From an uncultured virus (IMG/VR IMGVR_UViG_3300014205_009245) (Duplodnaviria; Heunggongvirae; Uroviricota; Caudoviricetes), in IMG/VR virus record IMGVR_UViG_3300014205_009245: a DNA stretch of 64,000 bases. The stretch is one strand, 5' to 3'. The translations under genes were made by a program, and so were the position numbers. Within the stretch, counting starts at the first letter, position 1, and each line of letters starts with the position of its first letter. Under the pieces are notes generated by a model. The model saw only the letters and a list, made by a program, of their open reading frames with translations. It was not told where the DNA came from and ran no database searches. Below are positions 9,031 through 17,434 of the stretch, one piece after another.

Positions 9031-9165
9031 AAAAGTTGCGCAAGTTTACGAGGCCGTTTTTGTTTAACAATACAGGATTTGAACCTGCTACCATCACTTT
9101 ATTAGGAGTGTCGCTCTACCAATGAGCTAATTGTTTGTAAGCCAAGCCATTAGGGCGCAACTTTT
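9031..9165 (-). ncRNA. modular structured RNA, copy B, carrying a tRNA-like cloverleaf (9066-9135)
   Basis: 11-bp terminal stem AAAAGUUGCGC/GCGCAACUUUU, CCUAAU, UACAAAC, then D-arm GCUC-AUUGGUA-GAGC, T-arm GCAGG-UUCAAAU-CCUGU, acceptor AACAAU/AUUGUU, 8-nt anticodon loop, no CCA. Confidence 0.8.
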
Positions 9166-9184
9166 ATTCAATTTTAAAAGAACA

Positions 9185-9275
9185 CTCACAAAAGTTCGAC
9201 TGGACTTTTTGAGCCCACATTCGGGACTCAATTCACTCTTCCGCAAGTTTGTAATCCAACCTTTTAGGTTGTGAG
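9185..9275 (-). ncRNA. modular structured RNA, copy A (Y-RNA-like candidate)
   Basis: Terminal stem CUCACAA/UUGUGAG, CCUAAAA, inner stem GGUUGGA/UCCAGUC, UACAAAC, cargo hairpin UUGAGUCCC/GGGCUCAA. Confidence 0.7.
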
Positions 9276-9281
9276 CATACT

Positions 9282-9309
9282 ATTATACTCTATATTCTAC
9301 AGATTTCAA
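9282..9309 (-). promoter_or_regulatory. sigma70-like promoter of the ncRNA array
   Basis: TTGAAA (9304-9309), 16 nt, TATAAT (9282-9287); expected +1 near 9275-9276 coincides with the 5' end of RNA copy A. Confidence 0.7.
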
Positions 9310-9326
9310 GAAAACCCTCTAAATTT

Positions 9327-9716
9327 TTAAGAATTTTCTGGGCACCCACCACAGCTGGAAGCAGCACTGAAACTTTTGCCACATCCACAATTGTATTGTG
9401 CATTAGGGTTTAGAAATACAAAACCGGATTTCATCATACTCTCAACAAAATCGATTTGGCACCCATCTAGATAAATAAAGCTTTTGGGATCACAGATTAT
9501 GTCTATGCCTTCGCTATTATTTTTAATATAATCGACAGGACATTGTTCTTGTACATCTATTGTATATTCAAACCCGGAGCATCCACCTGCCTTAACGCCA
9601 ACACTCAGATAATACCGCGAACCTGGAGCGCCAGTGGAGTCTACGGAACATTGCGATCCTGAATCTTTGATAATCTTCTTAATTTGATCAGCAGCTCGAT
9701 TCGTCACTGTTATCAC
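9327..9716 (-). CDS. iscA: A-type iron-sulfur cluster carrier (HesB/IscA/ErpA family)
   Basis: GGCSGFEY, SFIYLDG..IDF, GFVFLNPNA..CGCGKSF. Confidence 0.93.
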   Translation of the reverse strand: MITVTNRAADQIKKIIKDSGSQCSVDSTGAPGSRYYLSVGVKAGGCSGFEYTIDVQEQCPVDYIKNNSEGIDIICDPKSFIYLDGCQIDFVESMMKSGFVFLNPNAQYNCGCGKSFSAASSCGGCPENS

Positions 9717-9832
9717 TCATATTCTCCTCAGATATCATGAATTTCAACCAATCTCATCATCGGCTTCAAACCAGCCTTTTGTGTATCCTTCAAGAAATTC
9801 ACCTGCCCATGCTTTGGAAATTGGCCGTATTC

Positions 9833-10390
9833 CTATGTGCTGTGAGATTCATTTTTAAGTGCAAATATTAACCCCTCCGGTAATTTCCAAAGATTAGATA
9901 CCGTGCCAGACGAAGCACATAATCTGTCCAAAATATCCGTTTTGGGCATATTCATCAATTTAACTTGATACGGCAAAAACATTGACTTGTAATTCTGGCC
10001 CCACTGAAAATAAACCCCATCCTGTTTATCATCCCATGCCATAGGATTTGCCAAATAGACTACATCATTTATGATGTAGAAATAAAAAGTACTTGTTTGA
10101 AGCTTGGAAACAGTAACTCCGTTGTTAATTAAATTTCCATAAATATTTTCCAAAACAATGTCAGCGCTATTCATCACATTGGTCAAATTTTCTGATAAGA
10201 ATCCTTCCCGAATAATCTGATTACCCACGCTGTCGATCACGCCAACATAAAAACCTTTGTGCGGAATTTCAAGAGACTGTTGTAGCATAGAATTGTGCAC
10301 AAATAGTTGCCCAACATCAATTTTTGCTACGAGCTTACTTCGAAAATAATTGGCAAGTTGTTGCCAGATTTCTTTAGATATCATGTTCAT
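9833..10390 (-). CDS. divergent AMMECR1-domain protein (AmrA-like)
   Basis: KGFYVGV, DGVYF, SMFLPYQV, ILDRLC match the AMMECR1 G.FV / DG / .FLP.V / L..LC pattern; LRGCIG motif not conserved. Confidence 0.6.
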   Translation of the reverse strand: MNMISKEIWQQLANYFRSKLVAKIDVGQLFVHNSMLQQSLEIPHKGFYVGVIDSVGNQIIREGFLSENLTNVMNSADIVLENIYGNLINNGVTVSKLQTSTFYFYIINDVVYLANPMAWDDKQDGVYFQWGQNYKSMFLPYQVKLMNMPKTDILDRLCASSGTVSNLWKLPEGLIFALKNESHST

Positions 10391-10643
10391 CCTCTATCTC
10401 ATCATCTGATAGCTTATCTATCAACGCAATCCTACTTTTTATTATATCGCCTGTTGCAAAATCTTTCAAACATTCTTGGCTACAAATATGAGTCATTATA
10501 TCTGTGACATCAATTGGTATTTCGCCATCCTTATTTGAAACAGCTATCTGGATTGCCATCCAATATGGCGGAAGTTCCATTTCTGGTGGCAATAAGTATT
10601 CCTGACCACAGCTATCACACATTATAGTTACCCTATGAGACAT
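10374..10643 (-). CDS. small putative zinc-binding protein
   Basis: CDSCG and HICSQECL cysteine motifs. Confidence 0.6.
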   Translation of the reverse strand: MSHRVTIMCDSCGQEYLLPPEMELPPYWMAIQIAVSNKDGEIPIDVTDIMTHICSQECLKDFATGDIIKSRIALIDKLSDDEIEDEHDI

Positions 10644-11616
10644 TTAGTAACTCCTTCATGACGGCAAATATTTTTTCAGATGAATTTCCCAAATATAAGT
10701 ATGGCTTAGATAGTATTTCATAATTATCAGGCAATTCACCTGCTACATAAGTCTGTATCCGTTCTTTGCACTCATCTGGCCATCCATTCTCTACTGCAAA
10801 ATCGCCGAAATACCCAGTTTTGTAAAATGATCTATACTGGTTTTTAAAATTGATCAAAAAAGATTTTTTACCACACGCGATAGCATCGAGCACAGTTGTA
10901 GAATCACGGTGAGTTAACACTGCGTATGATTTTTTGATGAGACAAATTGGATCATTTTTAGGATCAGAGAATTCTGCAGCACTAAATATCTGTTTTAATC
11001 CAGAAATATTATCCTCTCGATAATGCGGTTGAATTAGTAATTCTACTTTTTTATCTATACCCGACAAAGTTCTTAATAACCTTGAAGATAATGGATTGCT
11101 ACGATGAGTGCCATTAACTTTTTCGTACATAACTGGTGGACAGAAATAAACATATGACCCCGACGGATTTGGAATGATATTGTCATATTTGGGGCTGCCC
11201 GTAACCGCGACTTTTGATCGAGCAGAGTAGGGCCATAAACTCACCATGTCTTTTACGTTATCACCGTATAGAAACGTGCAATTGGGTAAAAATTCTGGGT
11301 TCTTCTTATTAGTAACATAAATCCACTGCCCATGTTGCAAAAAAAAGCTTTTAACGCCATGCTTTCTGCACCATTTGCAAATATATTGTCCCGTTGGCCA
11401 AAATACATCCCCGACAACGGCAGCATCGAAGGGCATATATTGTAAGAGGATTTTTTCTACTGTTTTTTCGTCTAAAATATCCATTTTATCCCCGAATTGC
11501 CCGAGGTTAAATGGAATTATTTCAAATTCGTGATTATGCAGAGCAAGTTTGTTAAATGCTTCATTTGTTACTTTATTGTAATACAGAAGTAATAGTTTTG
11601 CCAGCGGAGACTTCAC
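10633..11616 (-). CDS. putative GT-B fold transferase (CDP-glycerophosphotransferase / ulosonate transferase-like)
   Basis: LQHG, VTGSPKYD, QPHYRE, STTVLDAIACGK motifs. Confidence 0.6.
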   Translation of the reverse strand: MKSPLAKLLLLYYNKVTNEAFNKLALHNHEFEIIPFNLGQFGDKMDILDEKTVEKILLQYMPFDAAVVGDVFWPTGQYICKWCRKHGVKSFFLQHGQWIYVTNKKNPEFLPNCTFLYGDNVKDMVSLWPYSARSKVAVTGSPKYDNIIPNPSGSYVYFCPPVMYEKVNGTHRSNPLSSRLLRTLSGIDKKVELLIQPHYREDNISGLKQIFSAAEFSDPKNDPICLIKKSYAVLTHRDSTTVLDAIACGKKSFLINFKNQYRSFYKTGYFGDFAVENGWPDECKERIQTYVAGELPDNYEILSKPYLYLGNSSEKIFAVMKELLNVS

Positions 11617-12562
11617 GGGTATATTCTCCCTTATACCAATCAGCCATTTCTTTTACTTGAGATTCAAAATCAACCGATGGATTATACCCCAAATCCCTTC
11701 TGGCTGCTGATATATCTGCTAATGTATGATCTACATCGCCAATTCGCGCTGGTTTATATTCTAAATTTAGTGCTTGACCAGAGATTTTTTCTATAATTTC
11801 TTTACACTCCAGTAATGAATGCCTTTCGCCCTGAGCTATATTATAAACTTCACCGGCAAATTTGTTGGAATGTCTTGCAGCAAAAATATTGGCCTGAACC
11901 ACGTTATCTACGTAGCAAAAATCTCTCGATTGTTTTCCGTCTCCCTCTAAATATGGAACTATTTTTTTATCTATATACAACGAATATAGCCAAGCGCTCA
12001 AAACAGTCGAGTATCCTCCGCCCCACCTAGAGCGCGGACCAAAGACATTAAAATAGCGAAGACTTACAGCATCTACTCCGTATAGAGACGCGTACATAGA
12101 TAACCACATTTCACTCTCGGCTTTTTCGAGAGCATATGGCGATTTGGGGTTTCTTGGACAAGATTCGGGGGTTGGCAAATGATCGGCCCCACCATATACT
12201 GAGCTGCTAGAGCTAAATATGACTCTAGCCTGCTTTTTCTTTGTGGTCCGCACAGCATCTAAAACTTCAACCGTAGCAAGAACATTGGCCTTCAGTGTTT
12301 CAACTGGAAATTCAACAGAATAAGAAACTCGTGGAACTGCTGCTATATGAAAAATTACGTCCGGCTTAAATGCATGAATTATATTCTTGAAATCGTGATT
12401 AAGAATAGAGATATAGTGGTAATCTACCCCATTTATTTTGTTTTGCCTAAATCCTGTTGATAAATCATCGATAACCTGAATATTGCTATATTCTGTTTCA
12501 ATTAATTTTTTACACAAATTAAATCCAATAAAACCGCATCCACCAGTAACAATAGCTTTCAT
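11573..12562 (-). CDS. NAD-dependent NDP-sugar epimerase/dehydratase (WbpP-like)
   Basis: TGGCGFIG, SSSSVYG, SPYALEK, LRYFNVFGP, GDGKQSRDF. Confidence 0.92.
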   Translation of the reverse strand: MKAIVTGGCGFIGFNLCKKLIETEYSNIQVIDDLSTGFRQNKINGVDYHYISILNHDFKNIIHAFKPDVIFHIAAVPRVSYSVEFPVETLKANVLATVEVLDAVRTTKKKQARVIFSSSSSVYGGADHLPTPESCPRNPKSPYALEKAESEMWLSMYASLYGVDAVSLRYFNVFGPRSRWGGGYSTVLSAWLYSLYIDKKIVPYLEGDGKQSRDFCYVDNVVQANIFAARHSNKFAGEVYNIAQGERHSLLECKEIIEKISGQALNLEYKPARIGDVDHTLADISAARRDLGYNPSVDFESQVKEMADWYKGEYTREVSAGKTITSVLQ

Positions 12563-13227
12563 GGGTTCTCCTGTTTATCTAGGGACAATTTTTGATCATA
12601 CTCAGATATTTTTTCGATATTTCCAGATCGATTATTATCATGTTTCCTGGCAAAATACAAAGGAATAGGAAGATGTCCTATTTCATACTTGTCTCGAAAC
12701 CTCTTATTTAATTCATGCCCTTCCCGATATTCAAATTCTTCATCATATAATCCAACATCTATCATATATTCTTTTCTATACATCACCGCACAGGCAATTT
12801 GCTCTTCGGTTGGAGAAACAAATCGTAGGTTATTTTCAAAATCGTCCACTTCTATATAATCACAACAAAAAGCCTGATATCTTCTATTTTTATCCAGTGC
12901 AAATTTCAACAAAAATAAGAAGTGTCTTGATACATAATCATCGGCATCTATTCGAACAATATATCTTCCATTACTAGATTGAATTGCACTATTGCAAGAT
13001 CGGGAAATTCCCTGATTTTTAATATTATATATGTATATTAAATTATCGAACTTACTTTCAAACTGTCTTATAATGGATTCGGTATTATCTATGCTACAAT
13101 CATTTACAATAATAATTTCATAAGAAAATCGTTTGGTGTGCTCTTGATTATAAACACTTCGCAGGCATCTCTCTAGATACCTTCCATAATTATAACATGT
13201 AATTACAACACTCACATCTGGTAACAT
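12559..13227 (-). CDS. glycosyltransferase family 2
   Basis: SVVITCYN, VNDCSID, RIDADD, GLYDE. Confidence 0.9.
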   Translation of the reverse strand: MLPDVSVVITCYNYGRYLERCLRSVYNQEHTKRFSYEIIIVNDCSIDNTESIIRQFESKFDNLIYIYNIKNQGISRSCNSAIQSSNGRYIVRIDADDYVSRHFLFLLKFALDKNRRYQAFCCDYIEVDDFENNLRFVSPTEEQIACAVMYRKEYMIDVGLYDEEFEYREGHELNKRFRDKYEIGHLPIPLYFARKHDNNRSGNIEKISEYDQKLSLDKQENP

Positions 13228-14243
13228 TATTCATCCTTCGATGTTTTAGGATAAGCACATGTTGAGCATGTTTTAATTTCAGAGTAATCCCCAGAAATAT
13301 GAATCTCTCTAATTTTCTTCAATTTTTCCGAATCCCAAGCCTCTTTGATAGATGTCTCAGGAAATCTTCCTAAATATAAATCATCTGGCTCATCAAATGC
13401 GTGACAACAGGGGAATATTTTCCCATCACACATTATCAAAATTCTCTGCCATAACTGCGGGCATGTAAATTTCTGCATTTTGTGATATTGTTTAACTTCA
13501 AACGCTGATATATTAGTGATGAATTCAGCTGGATTGTAGAAATCTCCAATCGTTATTTTATTTATGGGCATCTTGTTCCAAAATTTTATAAATTCATCTT
13601 TTTCTGCATCATTTTTCTTCTGGTGAACGAAAGAAACTTGCAAATTTAATTTTCCGCTAAATCTACACATGCTAATAGCATTAGCATATGCGATGAAGAA
13701 GTCTCCTCCAGCTCTGATTTTTTTATATGTCTCCGGATTAATCGCATCTAAAGATATCGACAACCATGTTAATCCAGCATCGACCATTTTTTCTATCAAA
13801 TCAAAGTCATGGTTCCCATTTGAATTTAGCATAATATCATATACGCCCTTGTTTTTGGCATATTGTATCATCTCTACAATATCCGGATGTAAAGTGCTTT
13901 CTCCTCTATAGTTTAATTTGATTGAAAAAAAATGCTCATAGTTAACAGCTTCATTAATGGCTTTCCGATACACAGAGAAATCCATTAAAGCATCTTTCAT
14001 TCGTTGCTCTTTATATTTTTTAAATGATGGATCTCCAATATAAACAGTGTGGCACATTGGACAATGTAAATTACAAGCGCTCGATAACTCTAAATCAAGA
14101 TGAGTTGGAAAATCCCCTAGCTTTTGCTCTTTGGGCCATTTTTCATACTGTTCTCGATATTGTTTATATAACTCATCTCCACTTAATGGAGAACCAGTTT
14201 TATTGATTGGAAAATAACCTTCTCTAAAGGGACTGTATGACAT
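13227..14243 (-). CDS. radical SAM protein with SPASM/twitch domain
   Basis: CNLHCPMC, RGESTLHP, C-terminal CPQLW...DGKIFPCC...CSTC. Confidence 0.9.
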   Translation of the reverse strand: MSYSPFREGYFPINKTGSPLSGDELYKQYREQYEKWPKEQKLGDFPTHLDLELSSACNLHCPMCHTVYIGDPSFKKYKEQRMKDALMDFSVYRKAINEAVNYEHFFSIKLNYRGESTLHPDIVEMIQYAKNKGVYDIMLNSNGNHDFDLIEKMVDAGLTWLSISLDAINPETYKKIRAGGDFFIAYANAISMCRFSGKLNLQVSFVHQKKNDAEKDEFIKFWNKMPINKITIGDFYNPAEFITNISAFEVKQYHKMQKFTCPQLWQRILIMCDGKIFPCCHAFDEPDDLYLGRFPETSIKEAWDSEKLKKIREIHISGDYSEIKTCSTCAYPKTSKDE

Positions 14244-14251
14244 AATTTCAC

Positions 14252-14977
14252 CTAAACTGTTAATAATCTTCGGGTCTTTAGACTAGAGTAGTTAACCATA
14301 TTCTTTTTTGCGTTAGTAACTTTTCTTCCACTATAATAATCGCTCAACAATATGGCTACATTTTCTGGAAAAATTTCTGGGTTGAATGCAAATAAATCCC
14401 CTCTATAATGTTTATTTAAGTGCATTTCCTTAAATAATTTTCTACAATAACTTATATTCGGCGGTAGATACCCTATGGTAAATTTTCCTCCTATATCCTT
14501 CCCGCAATTAACCATTATGAATTTTTTATACTGCAGTCTCTCTATCGACCGCAACACTCCCCAAAAACAATCTTTACGCCCTTTTGTATACCCCGCACTG
14601 ATGCATCCAACTGCATGAGTTAAACCTCGTAAAACTACATCTTCATATCCATCAGTGCTAATTTTAATATAAATAGGAGTTCCATATTCAACAATTAGGG
14701 TATCCAATGTTTTGCTGGGCATCTGATGATATCCCAATGGTGCATTACTTATGTATTGGTCTTCTCCTCCATCATGATCCGATATATAGGTATTTATCAG
14801 AATGGCATCAGAAAAATTCTGACCATATTTAGCAGGATAGCACGTATCAGCAATTACCTTTGACCCTAAAGATGTAAATATCTTAGTAGTCAGACCCATA
14901 CCGGCCCCTACATCAAATACAATTTTCCCATCAAAAAAATCTTTAATTTCTTTATTTTTAACAAGATTTCTATTCAT
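14252..14977 (-). CDS. FkbM-family methyltransferase, degenerate paralogue
   Basis: VFDVGAG.G, TLDTLI..YGTP.YIKISTDGYE (KIDVEG altered), RGDL; paralogous to 18955-19629. Confidence 0.65.
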   Translation of the reverse strand: MNRNLVKNKEIKDFFDGKIVFDVGAGMGLTTKIFTSLGSKVIADTCYPAKYGQNFSDAILINTYISDHDGGEDQYISNAPLGYHQMPSKTLDTLIVEYGTPIYIKISTDGYEDVVLRGLTHAVGCISAGYTKGRKDCFWGVLRSIERLQYKKFIMVNCGKDIGGKFTIGYLPPNISYCRKLFKEMHLNKHYRGDLFAFNPEIFPENVAILLSDYYSGRKVTNAKKNMVNYSSLKTRRLLTV

Positions 14978-15876
14978 CTTTCTCGACCTAAATGCGATTG
15001 TATGATCAGCATGATTGCGTCAAAGGCTTTTTGCTGTGATTCAACAGTGGCTCCAGCAATGTGGGGAGTTATACACACTTTTCCCTCCATTAAAAGCCGA
15101 TATAGCCTAGATTGAAAAAATCTATTCATGTTTTGTTCATCTTTAACAACATCGGCACAGTAATATATTTGTCCCAATTCAACCGCATCGCATATTGCAT
15201 CTTCATCTACTACTTCCCCCCTCGATGTGTTTACTATAATAGAACCCCTCCGACATATCTTTATCAAATCGCTACTTATCATATTTTTAGTTTCATCTGT
15301 CAAATACGGACTTATTAAAATAATATCACAGCCAAATATTTGTTCTAAACGTAAAACTCTAGTGCATTTATTCGATTCTACGTATGGATCATAGTAAAAA
15401 ACTTTCTCCATTCCAAAAGCTGACGCAAATGATGATATCTTACCACCGATGCGACCAAACCCTACGATACCAAGAGACAAGTACCTCATTTCTCGTCCTC
15501 TCAGATCGTTTTCCTTGTTTCTCCAATTGCCAGTTTTCACTTCCTCAATAGATTCGGAAAATCTTCTTACTGCATTCAATATATGAAGCCAGGTGAATTC
15601 CGCGGAGGCAGAAATTTCATTTAATAGCTTCCTATTACTTAGTAAATTCAAAACTGGTATCTGCATTCTTCTGCAGTAATCTAAATCTATATGGGTAACA
15701 CCAGTAGATGGAGTAGCCAGTATTTTCAAATTACTAAATTTCGATAGATATGATTCATTGTATTTGTACGATGATCCAGGATCAGATATCATTATTTCTG
15801 GATCCTCATTGTCAATAGCATGCCCGCATAGATTATGCTCAAAAAAATAAGTTGGGCACTCTATCTTAATTCTCAT
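14974..15876 (-). CDS. D-isomer-specific 2-hydroxyacid dehydrogenase
   Basis: STGVTHID, GIVGFGRIG, VNTSRGEVVDE, ITPHIAGAT. Confidence 0.9.
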   Translation of the reverse strand: MRIKIECPTYFFEHNLCGHAIDNEDPEIMISDPGSSYKYNESYLSKFSNLKILATPSTGVTHIDLDYCRRMQIPVLNLLSNRKLLNEISASAEFTWLHILNAVRRFSESIEEVKTGNWRNKENDLRGREMRYLSLGIVGFGRIGGKISSFASAFGMEKVFYYDPYVESNKCTRVLRLEQIFGCDIILISPYLTDETKNMISSDLIKICRRGSIIVNTSRGEVVDEDAICDAVELGQIYYCADVVKDEQNMNRFFQSRLYRLLMEGKVCITPHIAGATVESQQKAFDAIMLIIQSHLGRER

Positions 15877-16637
15877 CTATCTCTCCGATTCTGTGTGGCA
15901 ACCATAATTTCATCAAATAATTTTCCCGAAACGTACTGGGGATGGCATTTTTTGTTTATATTATACAATTTATATCTCTCTACTATTTCTATAACTTCGG
16001 GTAGAGACACACACTGATTGTCATTTCTTACATATTTATATATAGATTTCGCTAGCTCGTAGTCTTCTGGATAATCAACATTAAGCCTATAGTCACCGCA
16101 CAAACCCTGCGGCGTATCAATAGATATACTATGAAACATATCGGGATTATTCTTAAAATAGTAAGTTAGGTATTCACTTTTAGATGAATCAAATTCTGAA
16201 ATAATTTTTCTTAAAGCAGAAACGGACATAATCTCTGGTTTCGTACCCAAACAAGCATTTGTAAGGTATATATAATCAAATACTTGTGCACACTGAAACA
16301 GGTGCCGTATTAACTCGAATGAAATGAACGGGGAATCCCCTGTAACCCTGACAATAGTATCCCAACCATACTTATCAGCAGCATCTAGCATTCGCTGGGC
16401 AACATCTATTTCAGAACCTCGAAATACCTCACAATCTTTGTGGAACATACAAATATGAGAAGCCAGAGCATCATCTTGAAAGTTTGTTGATGTGGCAACA
16501 ATAACCGGTGCCGAATTACTTTCTAGACAATTGAGTACACACTTATCTATTATGGTGGAATTCCCCAGTGGAAGCAGCGCTTTGTTGGGAAGTCTCTTGG
16601 AGTGCAATCGACAGAGTATGATAATCCCGGCATTCAT
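15873..16637 (-). CDS. cytidylyltransferase (SpsF/KdsB/NeuA family)
   Basis: RLHSKRLPNKALL, VFRGSEIDV, VRVTGDSP, RLNVDYPED. Confidence 0.88.
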   Translation of the reverse strand: MNAGIIILCRLHSKRLPNKALLPLGNSTIIDKCVLNCLESNSAPVIVATSTNFQDDALASHICMFHKDCEVFRGSEIDVAQRMLDAADKYGWDTIVRVTGDSPFISFELIRHLFQCAQVFDYIYLTNACLGTKPEIMSVSALRKIISEFDSSKSEYLTYYFKNNPDMFHSISIDTPQGLCGDYRLNVDYPEDYELAKSIYKYVRNDNQCVSLPEVIEIVERYKLYNINKKCHPQYVSGKLFDEIMVATQNRRDR

Positions 16638-17425
16638 AGGAGATCCTTAATCCGCCTTGCGTTAGTAGATATTTCGTTAAATTCATCCAATGAAACGCAC
16701 TGTTCCGAATCTGATATTGAGTCACTTGGCGAATAGTGCGTCTCAATCAGTATTCCATCAGCCCCGGCCGCGACACCAGCATATGCCATTTGCCCAACAA
16801 TCTGGCGATTACCTGTGCCGTGGCTGCTATCTACTATTATGGGGAATTTGGTGATATGTTTCAACGTGGCAATCATAGAAATGGACAATTCCCATCTAGA
16901 ATGATCCAAATATGACACGCTGCCCCTTTCACACAATATAACATTGGAATTATCACCTTGTAATATATATTCTAAGGACCCCATAAATTCATTTAATGTT
17001 TGATGGGTTCCGCGTTTGAGCACTATTGGCTTCTGTTGTTTTCCTAATTCTTTTAAAAGAGCATAATGCTGGCTTTGCCGAGTTCCAACCTGAAACACAT
17101 CGGCGTAGGGATCTATTTTTTCCAAGTCCCTCACATCTAAAACATCCACAATATTAGGTTTCCCTCTTTTGAATGATTCTTCATGATACATTTTTAACAA
17201 GTCCCATTGCCATCCCCATTTCTTGCCCGGATAAGTTCCGGCCCTAAACACTCCTCCTCGAAAATGGGTCACATTGTTATCGATGCTATCAAATATCCGA
17301 ATAACCTGTTCATAACTTTCTATTGAACAAGGTCCACCGATACAGATAAACGAAGGAGCAGATTTGTTTTGGAGAGATACCGACAATTCATATTTAGGTT
17401 CCGGACCAAACACATTTTTATACAT
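16634..17425 (-). CDS. DAHP synthase I-beta / KDO8P synthase-family aldolase without regulatory domain
   Basis: IGGPCSIES, PIVLKRG, ILCERG, IIVDSSHGTG, GADGILIETH..P..SISD. Confidence 0.85.
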   Translation of the reverse strand: MYKNVFGPEPKYELSVSLQNKSAPSFICIGGPCSIESYEQVIRIFDSIDNNVTHFRGGVFRAGTYPGKKWGWQWDLLKMYHEESFKRGKPNIVDVLDVRDLEKIDPYADVFQVGTRQSQHYALLKELGKQQKPIVLKRGTHQTLNEFMGSLEYILQGDNSNVILCERGSVSYLDHSRWELSISMIATLKHITKFPIIVDSSHGTGNRQIVGQMAYAGVAAGADGILIETHYSPSDSISDSEQCVSLDEFNEISTNARRIKDLL

Positions 17426-17434
17426 TTGTTATCC

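Noticed and set aside
9066..9135. Ordinary tRNA gene (for example Ile-AAT or Leu-TAA)
   Set aside because: 8-nt anticodon loop, 4-bp anticodon stem, 6-bp acceptor stem and no CCA; the anticodon cannot be assigned, so it is reported as tRNA-like
8660..9275. CRISPR array interpretation of the repeated motifs
   Set aside because: No identical direct repeats or regular spacers; similarity is limited to short motifs and secondary structure; no cas genes in the window
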